From positions 2,155 through 66,154 of the forward strand of contig VYEX01000064.1 of NCBI GenBank assembly GCA_009842675.1: DNA of 64,000 nucleotides, written 5' to 3'. The stretch comes from Acidimicrobiia bacterium. GTDB lineage: Bacteria > Actinomycetota > Acidimicrobiia > Acidimicrobiales > Bin134. Under the pieces are notes generated by a model, which was given only the letters and a program-made list of their open reading frames with translations, searched no databases and was not told where the DNA came from. Shown here one piece after another: positions 25,886 through 36,769 of this stretch; position 1 is the stretch's first letter, and every line of letters begins with the position of its first letter. Made by a program: the position numbers and the translations under genes.

Positions 25886-26523
25886 CCAACGAGATCGAAG
25901 TCAACGCTTCGGCCAGCGATGTGTGGGACGCCTTCAATGACGTGGAGCGCATCGCCCCTTGCCTGCCCGGTGCCCAGCTCACCGAGATCGAGGGTGAGGA
26001 GTACCTGGGCGTGGTCAAGGTCAAAGTCGGGCCGGTCAACGCCCAGTACAAGGGCAAGGCCACCTTTGTCGAACGAGATCAAGACGCCCTCAAGGTGGTG
26101 ATCCTGGCCGAGGGTCGCGAGACCCGGGGGCAGGGAAACGCCAGCGCCAACATCACCGCGACGCTGGAAGCGCTGGACGACAATCGGACAAAGGTCGGCG
26201 TCACCACCGACCTCAAGATCACCGGCAAAGTTGCTCAGATCGGCCGCAACCTGATCCCCGACGTGAGTTCGAAGATCATGGATCAATTTGCCGATAATCT
26301 AGAGGCCATGCTTTCAGCCTCCACAGATGATTCTTCCTCCGGCGACGACGCCGCTGGCGATTCAGGCGCCAGCGCGGCATCCCGCCCTGAGCCCGAAGCG
26401 GTTGACTTGCTGGAAGTGGCCGGTCCGCCGGCCGCCAAGAAGTTCGGTCCCATCGCCGGTCTAATCGCCGCTTTGTGGATCGTGAGGAAGATCTTCAAGA
26501 GAAGGAAGAAAAAGAAGGGCTGA
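25876..26523 (+). CDS. SRPBCC protein, CoxG type, with C-terminal TM anchor
   Basis: MEMTNEIEVNASASDVWDAFNDVERIAPCLPGA. C-terminal hydrophobic helix plus a Lys-rich tail. Confidence 0.8.
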   Translation: MEMTNEIEVNASASDVWDAFNDVERIAPCLPGAQLTEIEGEEYLGVVKVKVGPVNAQYKGKATFVERDQDALKVVILAEGRETRGQGNASANITATLEALDDNRTKVGVTTDLKITGKVAQIGRNLIPDVSSKIMDQFADNLEAMLSASTDDSSSGDDAAGDSGASAASRPEPEAVDLLEVAGPPAAKKFGPIAGLIAALWIVRKIFKRRKKKKG

Positions 26524-26978
26524 CCCTTCGCTTGGAAATCGACGAGCAGGTCGAGGCCCTATTGGGCCGCGCCCCCCGGGGTCCCTACGAGGTGGTGGTT
26601 AGAGCCGAGGACGGCACTCCTCGAGTGCTGCGCAACGCTCCCATTTTGGACGACGGCACCCCCATGCCCACCCGCTACTGGTTGGTCGGCCCCGATGATG
26701 TGCTGCGGGTGAGCCGACTGGAATCGGCTGGGGGAGTGCGCCGGGCTGAATCGGCCGTCGATCCCGATGAGCTGGCCGACGCCCATCGCCGCTACGCCAC
26801 CGAGCGGGACGCTGCCATTCCCGAAGACCACCGAGGGCACCGCCCTGCCGCGGGGGTGGGCGGCACCCGCCAGGGAGTCAAGTGTCTGCACGCCCACTAC
26901 GCCTGGTATCTGGCCGGGGGCGACGACCCGGTCGGCCGCTGGGTGGCTGAGATCCTGGAATCCGACGATCTGACATGA
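26475..26978 (+). CDS. DUF501 domain protein
   Basis: PTRYWLVGP...GVKCLHAHYAWYLAGGDDPVGRWV. The start is uncertain. The ATG at 26475 overlaps coxG, and the TTG at 26532 is an alternative. Confidence 0.7.
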   Translation: MDREEDLQEKEEKEGLTLRLEIDEQVEALLGRAPRGPYEVVVRAEDGTPRVLRNAPILDDGTPMPTRYWLVGPDDVLRVSRLESAGGVRRAESAVDPDELADAHRRYATERDAAIPEDHRGHRPAAGVGGTRQGVKCLHAHYAWYLAGGDDPVGRWVAEILESDDLT

Positions 26979-27889
26979 GCGAACCAGTAGTGGCCGCCAT
27001 CGACTGCGGCACCAACTCCACCCGATTGCTGGTCAGCCGGGGCGGCACCGAGCCGCTGGACCGGCTGATGACCATAACCCGCCTAGGGGAGGGGGTGGAT
27101 GAGTCTGGTCGACTGTCCCCTGGCGCCATAGAGCGCACTCTGGACTGCTTGCGCCGCTACCGCCGTGTGATGGATGACCACGGGGTGGAGGCGGTGCGGA
27201 TCACCGCCACCTCGGCGGCCCGGGACGCGGCCAATCGCGAGGAGTTCTTCGACGCCAGCGAGGCGGTTGTCGGCACCCGCCCTGAGCTGCTGAGCGGACT
27301 GGCCGAGGGTCAGCTGTCGTTTCGGGGGGCTACTGCCGAACTCGATCCGGCAATGGGGCCGTTTCTGGTGGTCGACTTGGGGGGAGGGTCGACCGAGCTG
27401 AGCGTGGGCACCACCGTGTGCGAGGCGGCGATGTCGCTGGACGTGGGATGTGTTCGCCTTACCGAGAAATACCTCCACGGCGATCCGCCGCTTCCCGAGG
27501 AGCTGCATGCCTGCATTTCGGTGACCGGCGCTCACCTCGACGACGTCGACCGGGAGATGCCTGCCGCCCGACAGGCCCGGACATTTGTCGGCCTAGCCGG
27601 CACCATCTCCACTGCGGCGGCAGTGGAACAGGGGCTGCATGACTACGACCGGGACAAGATCCATCACTTCGAGCTAACCAAGGCCGCGGCCGAGGATGTG
27701 TTCCGCACTTTGGCTACGGAATCTCGGGCTGATCGGGCGTTCAATCCCGGTCTGGAGTCCGGCAGGGTGGATGTGATCGTGGGGGGCATGGCAATTCTGG
27801 TGAAGATCATGCGGCACTTTGGGTTTGAGTCATGCTTGGTGTCGGAGGCTGACATCTTGGATGGGATGGTGCTGAGCCTGTTGGACTGA
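26975..27889 (+). CDS. Ppx/GppA-family phosphatase
   Basis: VAAIDCGTNSTRLLV and DLGGGSTE motifs. Confidence 0.85.
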   Translation: MSEPVVAAIDCGTNSTRLLVSRGGTEPLDRLMTITRLGEGVDESGRLSPGAIERTLDCLRRYRRVMDDHGVEAVRITATSAARDAANREEFFDASEAVVGTRPELLSGLAEGQLSFRGATAELDPAMGPFLVVDLGGGSTELSVGTTVCEAAMSLDVGCVRLTEKYLHGDPPLPEELHACISVTGAHLDDVDREMPAARQARTFVGLAGTISTAAAVEQGLHDYDRDKIHHFELTKAAAEDVFRTLATESRADRAFNPGLESGRVDVIVGGMAILVKIMRHFGFESCLVSEADILDGMVLSLLD

Positions 27890-27924
27890 GTGCCCCCCAC
27901 GTTGTTGGTACGGAGTTAGTAGGT

Positions 27925-28560
27925 TTGGCGGGAGTGCGGACTTGGTCTCGGATTCGGGGGGCTCGGGAGGGGCAGGTGCTTCGTGGGTCTCGGGTGGAAC
28001 TGCGTCCGCTGATGGAGGCCGATTTCGCTGAGTGGCAGGCCGTGCGCCGGGCCAATAGAGAGTGGCTTACCCCTTGGGAGCCCAAGCCGCCCAGTACCCA
28101 GCCCGATGTAGTGGAAGACCGCTTGGCTTTCGCAGCTCGGTGCAGCGCCCGCGATCGAGAGCGTCAGATGGATGCGGGTTACGGGTTCGGGGTGTTCGCC
28201 GAGGGTTGCCTGGTGGGGGAGATGAACCTGTCGGGGGTGCAGCGGGGCCCGTTTCAAAGCGGCCATGTGGGGTATTGGATCGATCACCGACACGCGGGGC
28301 GTGAGTATGCCCCGGAGGCCTTGGTGGTAGTGCTGGACTGCGCCTTTGAGAATCTGGGACTGCACCGAGTTCAGATCAACATCATTCCCCGCAATCAGGC
28401 CAGCCGCCGGGTGGTGGAGAAACTGGGTATCCGCAACGAGGGGATTGCCCTGCGTTATCTGGAGATCAACGGCCGCTGGGAGGACCACGTTCGCTACGCC
28501 ATCACCTCAGAGGAGTGGCAGGTGCGGGGTCCTGAGCTGGTGGCCGGTTGGATGAACTAG
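27925..28560 (+). CDS. GNAT N-acetyltransferase (RimJ/RimL-like)
   Basis: LRPLMEADFAEWQAVRRANREWLTPWEP...HRVQINIIPRNQASRRVVEKLG. The start is uncertain. Confidence 0.75.
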   Translation: MAGVRTWSRIRGAREGQVLRGSRVELRPLMEADFAEWQAVRRANREWLTPWEPKPPSTQPDVVEDRLAFAARCSARDRERQMDAGYGFGVFAEGCLVGEMNLSGVQRGPFQSGHVGYWIDHRHAGREYAPEALVVVLDCAFENLGLHRVQINIIPRNQASRRVVEKLGIRNEGIALRYLEINGRWEDHVRYAITSEEWQVRGPELVAGWMN

Positions 28561-28564
28561 TCGG

Positions 28565-29323
28565 CTAGCTCGATTTGCTAATGGACTCCTTGAGGGCGGC
28601 CACCCGCTCTTTGAATTCGGGCTGTTTCATCGACCAGGCCTGCGGCTCGACCTCTCGAGCCACCGCAGCCGCGCTGTCGGTGATTGCGCCCATGTCGATG
28701 ATCGTCTGCTTCATGGCCTTGGTGAGCTCCCGCGGCGCACGAGCGGGGCGTCGGGCCATGCGCTGAGCCTCGTCCAAGAGCGCGTCATCGTCCACGCATC
28801 TCCAGGCCAGCCCAATCTCGGCGGCTCGCGGTCCGTCGAGCCTCTCGCCGAACACCACCATGGCCATGGCCGTCTGGCGGTCGCAGATGTTCCGCAGCCG
28901 CCAAGTGTGGCCGCCACCGGGGTGGATGGCGATCTGGAGAAAACGGCTCTCGAACATGGCCGAGCGGCTGGCCAGAATCACATCGCAGGCCAGCGCGAAG
29001 TTCATGCCCGCCCCTACCGCCGGGCCGTTGACCGCGGCCACCGTGGGCAGTGGGCAGAGGGCAACTCTCAGAAATCCGGCGTAGATGGAACTCAGCCTGC
29101 CCGGATCATCGGCAGCCAGCAGCTCGTCCAGGTTGGCCCCCGCCGAAAACGCCGGGGGCGCACCGGTGAGGACCACCGCTCCTACTGACTCATCGGCTTC
29201 CAAGTCGTCGAACACCGCGTCGAGCTCGCGGTTCATCTCCAGGCTGACCGCATTTCGCACCTCGGGATGGTTGAGGGTCACGGTGGCAACACTGTCTTCG
29301 ATCTGGCAGAGCACAAGGGCCAT
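28565..29323 (-). CDS. enoyl-CoA hydratase/isomerase family protein
   Basis: LTGAPPAFSAGANLDEL and AAVNGPAVGAGMNFALACD. Confidence 0.85.
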   Translation of the reverse strand: MALVLCQIEDSVATVTLNHPEVRNAVSLEMNRELDAVFDDLEADESVGAVVLTGAPPAFSAGANLDELLAADDPGRLSSIYAGFLRVALCPLPTVAAVNGPAVGAGMNFALACDVILASRSAMFESRFLQIAIHPGGGHTWRLRNICDRQTAMAMVVFGERLDGPRAAEIGLAWRCVDDDALLDEAQRMARRPARAPRELTKAMKQTIIDMGAITDSAAAVAREVEPQAWSMKQPEFKERVAALKESISKSS

Positions 29324-29360
29324 TCCATGACAATAGAGGTGCAGCGAATAAGTTGGCGCA

Positions 29361-30593
29361 GTGACCGAATCCCGGCATCCTCGACGCGCGCGGCAAGCGC
29401 TGTCGTACCGGAATTATCGCCTGTTCATCTCCGGGGCCCTTGTCTCCAACTCCGGCGTTTGGGTTCAGATGATCGCGTTGGCCTTTGTGATCGAGGATCT
29501 CACCGACAGCGGGACCTGGGTGGGATTGGCCGCCATGATGCAGACACTGCCGGCGGTGTTCTTGGGGATGGTCGGCGGGGCATTGGCCGATCGCTTCCCT
29601 CGGCGGATCTTGCTGACATTCACCAACTTGGCCCAAGCGCTCATCGCCATGGGGTTTGCGGCGATGTGGGCTTCGGGAATCGACCGGCCGGCGGCCTACA
29701 TCGCCCTAGGAGTGGTGAACGGTTGCGTGAACGGCATCCAGCTTCCTGCCTGGCAGGCGTTCGTCAGCGAACTGGTTCCACGCGGCGCCCTGTTGAACGC
29801 CGTCACCTTGAACTCAGCGCAGTTCAACGCCTCTCGAGCAGTCGGACCCATGATCGGTGGGATCGTGCTGGCGATAGGCGGTCCCGGCTGGTGTTTTTTC
29901 ACCAATTCGCTGACGTATGTGCCTGCGGTTTTGGCTCTGGTGCTCATCCAGGTGCCCCGACTGGCTCCATCGGGTGGCGACAGGCCGAATGTACTCAGAG
30001 ATGCCGCGGCCGCAGTGCGCTACGCCGCTGATAATCCCGGCATCCGCCTGTCCATACTGATTGCCGGGGTGATCGCTTTTTTCGGACAGCCGGTCATCCA
30101 CCTGGTGGTCATTTTCGCCAATGACGTATTCAAGGTGGGCGAAACCCAATATGGCATCCTCGCTGCGGCATCCGGAGTAGGAGCGATGCTCAACACCCCG
30201 TTCGTGGCCGGCCGGGGAAGTCGCGTGCCCCGTAGTCGTCTTGTGGGATTCGGCTGGCCGATCTATGGCATCGCGTTGTTGGGATTCGCGCTATCGCCCT
30301 ACTACTGGTTGGCGGTGGTAGCTCTGGCGGCATTGGGAGCATCGCACATCGCTACCGCCGCCACGCTCAATACCGTGATCCAGCTTCAGGTGGAAGAGGA
30401 TTTGCGGGCCAAGGTCTTGGCCCTATACCTCATCACCTTGCTGGCCGGGTTGCCTCTCGGTGCCCAGCTTCAGGGTTTTCTGGCCGACCTGATTGGTCCC
30501 CGCATCGCGGTGGGCGGGGCCGGTGTGCTGTTGGCTGCCACCGCGCTGTGGTGGGTGATCAGCGGCCGAACCAAGGTCCTCGACCGGAATTAG
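29361..30593 (+). CDS. MFS transporter
   Basis: 410 aa, about 12 TM helices. GGALADRFPRR motif. Confidence 0.75.
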   Translation: MTESRHPRRARQALSYRNYRLFISGALVSNSGVWVQMIALAFVIEDLTDSGTWVGLAAMMQTLPAVFLGMVGGALADRFPRRILLTFTNLAQALIAMGFAAMWASGIDRPAAYIALGVVNGCVNGIQLPAWQAFVSELVPRGALLNAVTLNSAQFNASRAVGPMIGGIVLAIGGPGWCFFTNSLTYVPAVLALVLIQVPRLAPSGGDRPNVLRDAAAAVRYAADNPGIRLSILIAGVIAFFGQPVIHLVVIFANDVFKVGETQYGILAAASGVGAMLNTPFVAGRGSRVPRSRLVGFGWPIYGIALLGFALSPYYWLAVVALAALGASHIATAATLNTVIQLQVEEDLRAKVLALYLITLLAGLPLGAQLQGFLADLIGPRIAVGGAGVLLAATALWWVISGRTKVLDRN

Positions 30594-30636
30594 CGCCTAG
30601 AGAAGAAACTGTCACTCCTATCGGGATACTGGATTC

Positions 30637-31068
30637 ATGAAGGAAATCAAGGAGAACCAGACGGCGAGGAAGACGGAGAGCAAGCCAGCGAGCAAGATGG
30701 CCGATGCCCAGGGGATGCGGGTCATTCGCGGCGACAACCAGCGACAGGAAAGCAGCACCGGTCGGTGCCTGGCCTTTGCCGAAGCGGCCCGGCTGCTGGG
30801 AATGACAGCGCGAGGCCAAGCACTGGTCATCCCCAGTTTTCGAAGCCCGCCCCGGGAAGTTGGCCGCCGCCGCACCCTGACCCGCCACGACGACGGTTCG
30901 GTGACCGTCTCGGTGATGGTCCGAAACCGCGTCTGGGAAGCGGTGCTGGCCGACATGATCGAAGGGATAGTGGCGGCCAATCGGATGGACGGCATCGACG
31001 CCGAAGCCCTTCGCGACCATCTCTGGGAGGCCCTGGAGGGAGAATCGGCCCAGCGGGAAGCGGCCTGA
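30637..31068 (+). CDS. hypothetical protein
   Basis: 143-aa ORF with strong G/C third-position bias. Competing ORFs on other frames look like shadows. The start is uncertain. Confidence 0.4.
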   Translation: MKEIKENQTARKTESKPASKMADAQGMRVIRGDNQRQESSTGRCLAFAEAARLLGMTARGQALVIPSFRSPPREVGRRRTLTRHDDGSVTVSVMVRNRVWEAVLADMIEGIVAANRMDGIDAEALRDHLWEALEGESAQREAA

Positions 31069-31123
31069 CCAGCCGACGTCGACAGCAAGGTTCGACACAG
31101 GACCAGCCTAGAATGACCGGGCC

Positions 31124-31525
31124 ATGCTTCTCACTGAGATCGATCACGTTGCCATCGCGGTCCACGACTTGGAGCAGGCCATTTCGTTCTACGAGAAGGC
31201 CTTTGACGCATCGGTGGCGCATCGCGAGATCGTCGAGGGCGATGGAGTGGAAGAGGCCCTTATCAAGGTCGCTGACTCCTATGTCCAGCTCACGGCGGCC
31301 ACTCGGGAGGATTCGCCCGTGGCGAAGTTCCTGGCCAAGCGAGGCGAGGGCATCCATCACATTGGCTACCGGGTGGATGACTGTGCTGCCGCCCTCGAGT
31401 CCATGGTCGCCGCCGGAGCCACCCCCATCGATGCCGAGCCCCGACCTGGCTCTCGGGGCACCACCGTCGCCTTCATCCATCCCAAAGGCGCCTTCGGCAC
31501 CCTGATCGAGCTGGTTCAGGAATAG
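31124..31525 (+). CDS. mce: methylmalonyl-CoA epimerase (VOC family)
   Basis: IDHVAIAVHDLEQAISFYEKAF...GEGIHHIGYRVDD...AFIHPKGAFGTLIELVQ. Confidence 0.8.
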   Translation: MLLTEIDHVAIAVHDLEQAISFYEKAFDASVAHREIVEGDGVEEALIKVADSYVQLTAATREDSPVAKFLAKRGEGIHHIGYRVDDCAAALESMVAAGATPIDAEPRPGSRGTTVAFIHPKGAFGTLIELVQE

Positions 31526-31554
31526 TTCTTCTACCCAGTCCCTAAACTTGACTC

Positions 31555-33684
31555 GTGGCGATGCGACGGGCTGCATTGATTGTGGACGGCATGACCTGTT
31601 CGGCCTGTGTTTCGCGCATTGAGCGCAGCCTGAACGCTGTCGACGGAGTCATCGAAGCACGAGTGAATTACGCCTCGGGTCGAGCTTCGGTGGCTTGCAG
31701 TGAAACCGTCGCCGATTCCCAATTGGAAGCTGCCGTGGTTTCTGCTGGCTACTCGGCCCGCGTGCCCCGAGGTCTCGACGACGAGCTCGACATCCGACCC
31801 CCTGGACTGCGACGGCTGATCGCATCGGCGGTAATGGGCGCCGCGGTGATGCTTCTGACCATGGCGGACTGGCTGGTCTTTGATTTGGGATTCTCGGCGT
31901 CGGACTGGCTGGCCGCAGTCTTGGGCGCGGTGGTGATTTTCTGGTCGGGTTGGGGATTCCACCGGCGGGCCTGGGCGCAGCTCCACCACCGAACTGCCAC
32001 CATGGACACGTTGGTATCGGTGGGCACTGCCTCGTCGTGGGTTTGGTCCACGGTGGTGCTGGCCGCCCAAATCGGCGACGGCCACCTCTACTTTGAGACC
32101 GGATCGGTGATCGTGGTGCTGGTCTTGTTGGGCCGCCATCTGGAATTCCGAGCTCGCCGCCGGTCGGGAGATGCCTTGCGAGCCATGGCCGAACTGGTTG
32201 CTCCCGTTGCTCGCCTCGAAGACGGAACCGATGTGCCGGTGGCCAGCCTGGAAGTGGGCACAAGGTTTGTGGTGCGCCCGGGTGAGAAGATCGCTACTGA
32301 CGGCGTGGTGGTCGACGGTTTCTCGGCGGTGGACATCTCCTTGGTCACCGGTGAGCCGGTGCCGGTGGAGGTTGGTCCTGGCGACGCCGTGCTAGGGGCC
32401 TCGGTCAACGCCAACGGGTCGCTGGTCGTGGAGGCCACCGGGGTGGGTTCCGACACCGTGCTGGCTCGGATCATGCTGCTGGTGGAGCAGGCCCAGACCA
32501 ACCGCACCCGCATCCAGCGATTGGCTGATCGGCTCTCGTCGGTGTTCGTGCCCGCCGCGGTGGTGATTGCATTGGGCACGCTGGTCGGTTGGCTGGTGGC
32601 CGGACAGCCCTCCTCCGAGGCGTTCACGGCCGCGGTGGCGGTGCTGATCGTGGCCTGTCCGTGCGCATTGGGGCTGGCCACGCCGCTGGCGGTGATGGTC
32701 GGCACCGGGCGGGGATCGCAGCTCGGCATCATCCTCAAGGGCGGCGAGATGCTGGAGGACACGCGGGAGCTCGACACCGTGGTCTTCGACAAGACCGGTA
32801 CGGTCACCGAAGCACGCATGGAGGTGGTGGGTATCGATGCTCCGGGGGGGAATCCCGACGAACTGCTGGCCTTGGCCGCATCGGTGGAGGCCCGGTCGGA
32901 GCACCCCATTGGACGGGCCATTGCCGCGGCAACTGACGCGGGGCAAAAGGTCACAGAATTCGAGAATCGTCCTGGTTCAGGGGCGGTCGGCACCGTGGAC
33001 GGCACGGAGGTTCGGGTGGGGAAGCGGGACCTGTTTGACCGGGTGCCCGAGGCGGTTGACTCGGCCGCGGCCGAAGTAGAGGCCATGGGGCGAGTGGCGG
33101 TGCTCGTGGGTCGAAGCCGTGAGGCTGAGGCAGTGATAACCGTGGACGACCGATTGCGGGATTCCGCCCCTGCCGCGGTGGCCGCGCTCAAGTCCCTGGG
33201 ACTCGACACCGTGCTGCTGACCGGGGACCATCCCCGCCGGGCCCAGGCTGCCGGTGACGAGTTGGGCATCGACCGGGTGGTGCCCGGTGTCGGACCCGAC
33301 GGCAAGGCCGCCGAGATCGCCCGCCTGCAAGCCGAGGGTCGCCGGGTGGCCATGGTGGGTGACGGCATAAACGATGCCCCCGCTCTGAGCCAGGCTGACA
33401 TCGGCATCGCCATGGGCACCGGCACCGATGTGGCCGCCGAAGCGGCCGACCTCACCATCATGACTTCTGATCTAGGAGCCGTGGCCGACGCCATCGCCCT
33501 GAGCCGCCGGACCATGAACACCATTCGGGGAAACCTGTTTTGGGCCTTCGTCTACAACACCGCGGCCATTCCCCTGGCCGCGGCCGGAATTCTGGAGCCC
33601 ATGTTCGCCGCCGTGGCCATGGTGGCGTCATCGCTGTTCGTGGTCACCAACAGCTTGCGCCTCCGCCGCTTTGGAAGCAGTTAG
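31555..33684 (+). CDS. heavy-metal (Cu+-type) translocating P1B-type ATPase
   Basis: HMA domain [15 protein letters not shown] motif ([11 protein letters not shown]), DKTGT phosphorylation site and GDGINDAP. Confidence 0.9.
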   Translation: MAMRRAALIVDGMTCSACVSRIERSLNAVDGVIEARVNYASGRASVACSETVADSQLEAAVVSAGYSARVPRGLDDELDIRPPGLRRLIASAVMGAAVMLLTMADWLVFDLGFSASDWLAAVLGAVVIFWSGWGFHRRAWAQLHHRTATMDTLVSVGTASSWVWSTVVLAAQIGDGHLYFETGSVIVVLVLLGRHLEFRARRRSGDALRAMAELVAPVARLEDGTDVPVASLEVGTRFVVRPGEKIATDGVVVDGFSAVDISLVTGEPVPVEVGPGDAVLGASVNANGSLVVEATGVGSDTVLARIMLLVEQAQTNRTRIQRLADRLSSVFVPAAVVIALGTLVGWLVAGQPSSEAFTAAVAVLIVACPCALGLATPLAVMVGTGRGSQLGIILKGGEMLEDTRELDTVVFDKTGTVTEARMEVVGIDAPGGNPDELLALAASVEARSEHPIGRAIAAATDAGQKVTEFENRPGSGAVGTVDGTEVRVGKRDLFDRVPEAVDSAAAEVEAMGRVAVLVGRSREAEAVITVDDRLRDSAPAAVAALKSLGLDTVLLTGDHPRRAQAAGDELGIDRVVPGVGPDGKAAEIARLQAEGRRVAMVGDGINDAPALSQADIGIAMGTGTDVAAEAADLTIMTSDLGAVADAIALSRRTMNTIRGNLFWAFVYNTAAIPLAAAGILEPMFAAVAMVASSLFVVTNSLRLRRFGSS

Positions 33685-33696
33685 CGGAAAGAACGG

Positions 33697-34761
33697 TCAG
33701 ATTTCGCCGGCCAAGAAGGCCAGGAGCACTTCGTTGGTGCGCTCGGGGTCTTCTTCGGGGATGAAGTGACCGGTGCCGGTAGGGCGGGCCCGGTAGTCGG
33801 GGAAGTGATTGATGAAGGAGTCGGCGTAGGGGTTGCCGCTGGGGATGTGGTCGTCGGCGGGGAATCCGTCTTCAAAGGCCTGGGACATCAAGAACGCCGA
33901 ATACAGGTACAGCGCGGGATGGGGGTAGGTGCGGCCTAGGTCTTCGGGGCCGAACACCGGGAAGATCCCGAAGTCGGGGTGGCTGAATAGCAGGCCGGGG
34001 TGGTTCCACATCTCAGCCACTCGGGCTGGTGTTCGGTACACCAGATTGCCGTCGTCGTCGGGGAAGTGGAACGGCAGGGCATCCCGGTAGTACGAGACGG
34101 CGTGGAAATGCGATCCGGGCTGGTCGAACGCCTTTCGGTAGTGCTCCACATCGTCGGCGTTCCAGTACTTGCTCGGATCCCAGTTGGACATGGCCCGGCC
34201 GGGATCTTGGGCATCGCTGTCGGCCAACGGGGCCTTCCACGGGGAATGGGGTGGCGGACCGTAGCTGCCCTCGATGCCGCCGAAGATCGAGTTGATGAAC
34301 TCGCTGGCGTGGCGCTCCCAGAACTGCTCTGCCTCGGGCTCACACTTGTACCAGTAGCCGTGAATGCCCCACGGAATCCACACCGTGCACAGTGTGTCGA
34401 CCAGCCCTAGCCGGTTGAACCGGTCGGGATACTCCAGGGCCGCCTTGAAGGCAATGATCCCACCCCAGTCGTGGCCCACCAGCGAACAGCGCTCGATGCC
34501 CAGGGCGTCGATGAAGTCCACGATGTCGCGGGCCAACAGATCGCGGGTGACCCGGATGCGGGGCTTGTCGGTGCCGCCGTAGCCCCGGGTGTCGGGAGCG
34601 TAGACCCGGTAGTGCTCGGCTAGCACCGGGATCTGGTGGCGCCACATGTGAGAGGTCTGGGGAAAGCCGTGCAGCAGAACCACCGGGGGTGCCGCCTCGT
34701 CGCCGGCGGCTAGGTAGTGGAACCGCAGACCGGCGGTATCGACGTGGTGGGACTCGATCAT
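33697..34761 (-). CDS. alpha/beta hydrolase (epoxide hydrolase-like)
   Basis: HGFPQTSHMWRHQIP...GHDWGG nucleophile elbow. Confidence 0.75.
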   Translation of the reverse strand: MIESHHVDTAGLRFHYLAAGDEAAPPVVLLHGFPQTSHMWRHQIPVLAEHYRVYAPDTRGYGGTDKPRIRVTRDLLARDIVDFIDALGIERCSLVGHDWGGIIAFKAALEYPDRFNRLGLVDTLCTVWIPWGIHGYWYKCEPEAEQFWERHASEFINSIFGGIEGSYGPPPHSPWKAPLADSDAQDPGRAMSNWDPSKYWNADDVEHYRKAFDQPGSHFHAVSYYRDALPFHFPDDDGNLVYRTPARVAEMWNHPGLLFSHPDFGIFPVFGPEDLGRTYPHPALYLYSAFLMSQAFEDGFPADDHIPSGNPYADSFINHFPDYRARPTGTGHFIPEEDPERTNEVLLAFLAGEI

Positions 34762-34833
34762 GGAAGCTCCTGAAGTGGGGTACCGGGGCTACCCGACTCT
34801 AGAACCGCGCCCAGCAGCGCACAGTATTCGCGG

Positions 34834-35754
34834 ATGGGCGAGACTAGGGAAATGGACTACCAGTACCTGACCTACGAGACGCTGGATGACGGAAAAGTCG
34901 CCCGCATCATGCTGAATCGGCCCGAGGCCCGAAACGCCCAGAACCGAGGAATGCTGGTGGAGCTCAACGAGGCCTTCCTGGTGGCCGAAGCCGACGACGA
35001 CGTGCGGGTGGTGATCCTGGGCGGGGTCGGCCCGATGTTCTCGGCCGGCCATGACATGGGCACCAAAGTGAGCATCGAGGAGCGCATGCCCGGTCCCAAC
35101 CAGCACCCCACCTGGCAGGTCAACGGCGGGCAGCGGCGGGGCTCGGAGAAGCTGATGCTCCAGGAGTGGCACTACTTCTTCGAGAACACCAAGCGATGGC
35201 GCAACCTCCGCAAGATCACCATCGCCCAGGTGCAAGGGCCGGTGCTGGCCGCCGGGCTGATGCTCATGTGGTCGTGCGATTTGATCGTGGGGGCCGAGGA
35301 CGCCTCCTTTGCCGATGTGGTGGGAACCCGATTGGGCATGATGGGGGTGGAGTACTTCGCCCACCCGTGGGAGTTCGGCCCCCGCAAGACCAAGGAGTTG
35401 CTGCTCACCGGCGATTCCATCGACGTCCACGAGGCCCACGCCATGGGCATGGTGGCCAAGGTGTTCCCCAACGAGACCCTTTCGGAGCAGACCTTGGAGT
35501 TCGCTCAGCGCATCGCCGCAGTGCCCACCATGGCCGCGCTGTTGATAAAGGAAGCGGTGAACCAGACCATGGATGCCCAGGGCTTCAACACTGCCCTGTC
35601 GGCGTGTTTCACCCTCCACCAGCTCAATCATTCCCACTGGGCGTCCATCACCAACGGCGAATGGTGGATCGCCACCGAGGAGCACGGTGTGCCCCATTGG
35701 AAGGACGCCCCCAAGGTCCGCCCGGCGGCCAAAACCTCCCCCGGAGGCGGCTGA
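34834..35754 (+). CDS. enoyl-CoA hydratase/crotonase family protein
   Basis: ARIMLNRPEARNAQN...FSAGHDMG. Alternative ATG at 34852. Confidence 0.8.
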   Translation: MGETREMDYQYLTYETLDDGKVARIMLNRPEARNAQNRGMLVELNEAFLVAEADDDVRVVILGGVGPMFSAGHDMGTKVSIEERMPGPNQHPTWQVNGGQRRGSEKLMLQEWHYFFENTKRWRNLRKITIAQVQGPVLAAGLMLMWSCDLIVGAEDASFADVVGTRLGMMGVEYFAHPWEFGPRKTKELLLTGDSIDVHEAHAMGMVAKVFPNETLSEQTLEFAQRIAAVPTMAALLIKEAVNQTMDAQGFNTALSACFTLHQLNHSHWASITNGEWWIATEEHGVPHWKDAPKVRPAAKTSPGGG

Positions 35755-35779
35755 CCGGAAATCAGGCGATAATACGACC

Positions 35780-36757
35780 GTGATCCCAGAGCGCTATTCC
35801 GGCTATGAGGCTCGGCTGCGGGCCGGCGCGGTGGACTTCACCCCGGTTTCTGGCGATGTGACCGCCAACTTGGACAAGCTGACCGGCTGGATTGCCGAGG
35901 CTGCCAGCGCTGGAGTGGGGTTGCTGGTGTTCCCCGAAGAAGCGCTGACCGGGGCGATCCATTGCGACGATTGCGAACGACTGGGCGGGCCGTGCGACCT
36001 GCACCGGTCACTGGCCGAGACCGTGCCCGGGCCGTCGACTGAGGCTTTGGCCCGGTTGGCCGCCGACCACGACATGTACTTGGTGGTGGGCATGATCGAG
36101 CAAGATCCCGAGGATCCAGACGCCCTCTACAACGCCGCCGCGGTTATCGGCCCCGAGGGAATCCTCGGGACCTATCGAAAACTGCACCTGGGCTCGCTCC
36201 CGTTCGTGACTGAGGGCGTGTCGTTTCGGCCCGGAAGCAGCCTGGAGGTCTTTGAGACCCGCTACGGACCCATCGGGGTGCAGATCTGCTACGACTTTTG
36301 GCTCAACCCGGAAGGCAGCCGCCTTCTGGCTCTCCAAGGGGCGAGGATCATCGTCAATCCCACCGCGGCGTTCGCCGGCGGGCCCGACAAGGTGGAGTCC
36401 ATGCGCCGAGTGGCCGCCACCCGAGGGCAGGAAAACTTCGTATTCACCATCTCGGCCAACCAGGTGGGCGGCATCGATAACGGCGAGAGCGTGGAGGACG
36501 GCTTCGACGGGGCGCTACCGGCCAACTACGCCGGCCACAGCCTCATCTGCGGCCCTCACTTTCCCGATTTCAGCCACATCTATGCCGAGGGGAGCGACAC
36601 CGAGGGGCTGGTGGTCGCCGATTTGGACTTCGAGGTGCTCCACCGCTGGGACGACGTGTGCCCGTGGCGGCAATGGCGGGCTACCCACCAGTCGGGCACC
36701 TCGGAGCTGTTCGCCACCGAATTCGCCAAACTTGTCCACGGCCCACCGGCCCAATAG
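35780..36757 (+). CDS. carbon-nitrogen hydrolase (nitrilase superfamily)
   Basis: GTG start just after the upstream stop. Glu (LLVFPEEAL), Lys (YRKLHL) and Cys (VQICYDFW) triad motifs. The upstream part of track ORF 35573..36757 overlaps the previous gene. Confidence 0.8.
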   Translation: MIPERYSGYEARLRAGAVDFTPVSGDVTANLDKLTGWIAEAASAGVGLLVFPEEALTGAIHCDDCERLGGPCDLHRSLAETVPGPSTEALARLAADHDMYLVVGMIEQDPEDPDALYNAAAVIGPEGILGTYRKLHLGSLPFVTEGVSFRPGSSLEVFETRYGPIGVQICYDFWLNPEGSRLLALQGARIIVNPTAAFAGGPDKVESMRRVAATRGQENFVFTISANQVGGIDNGESVEDGFDGALPANYAGHSLICGPHFPDFSHIYAEGSDTEGLVVADLDFEVLHRWDDVCPWRQWRATHQSGTSELFATEFAKLVHGPPAQ

Positions 36758-36769
36758 CGAAGGAGCGAA

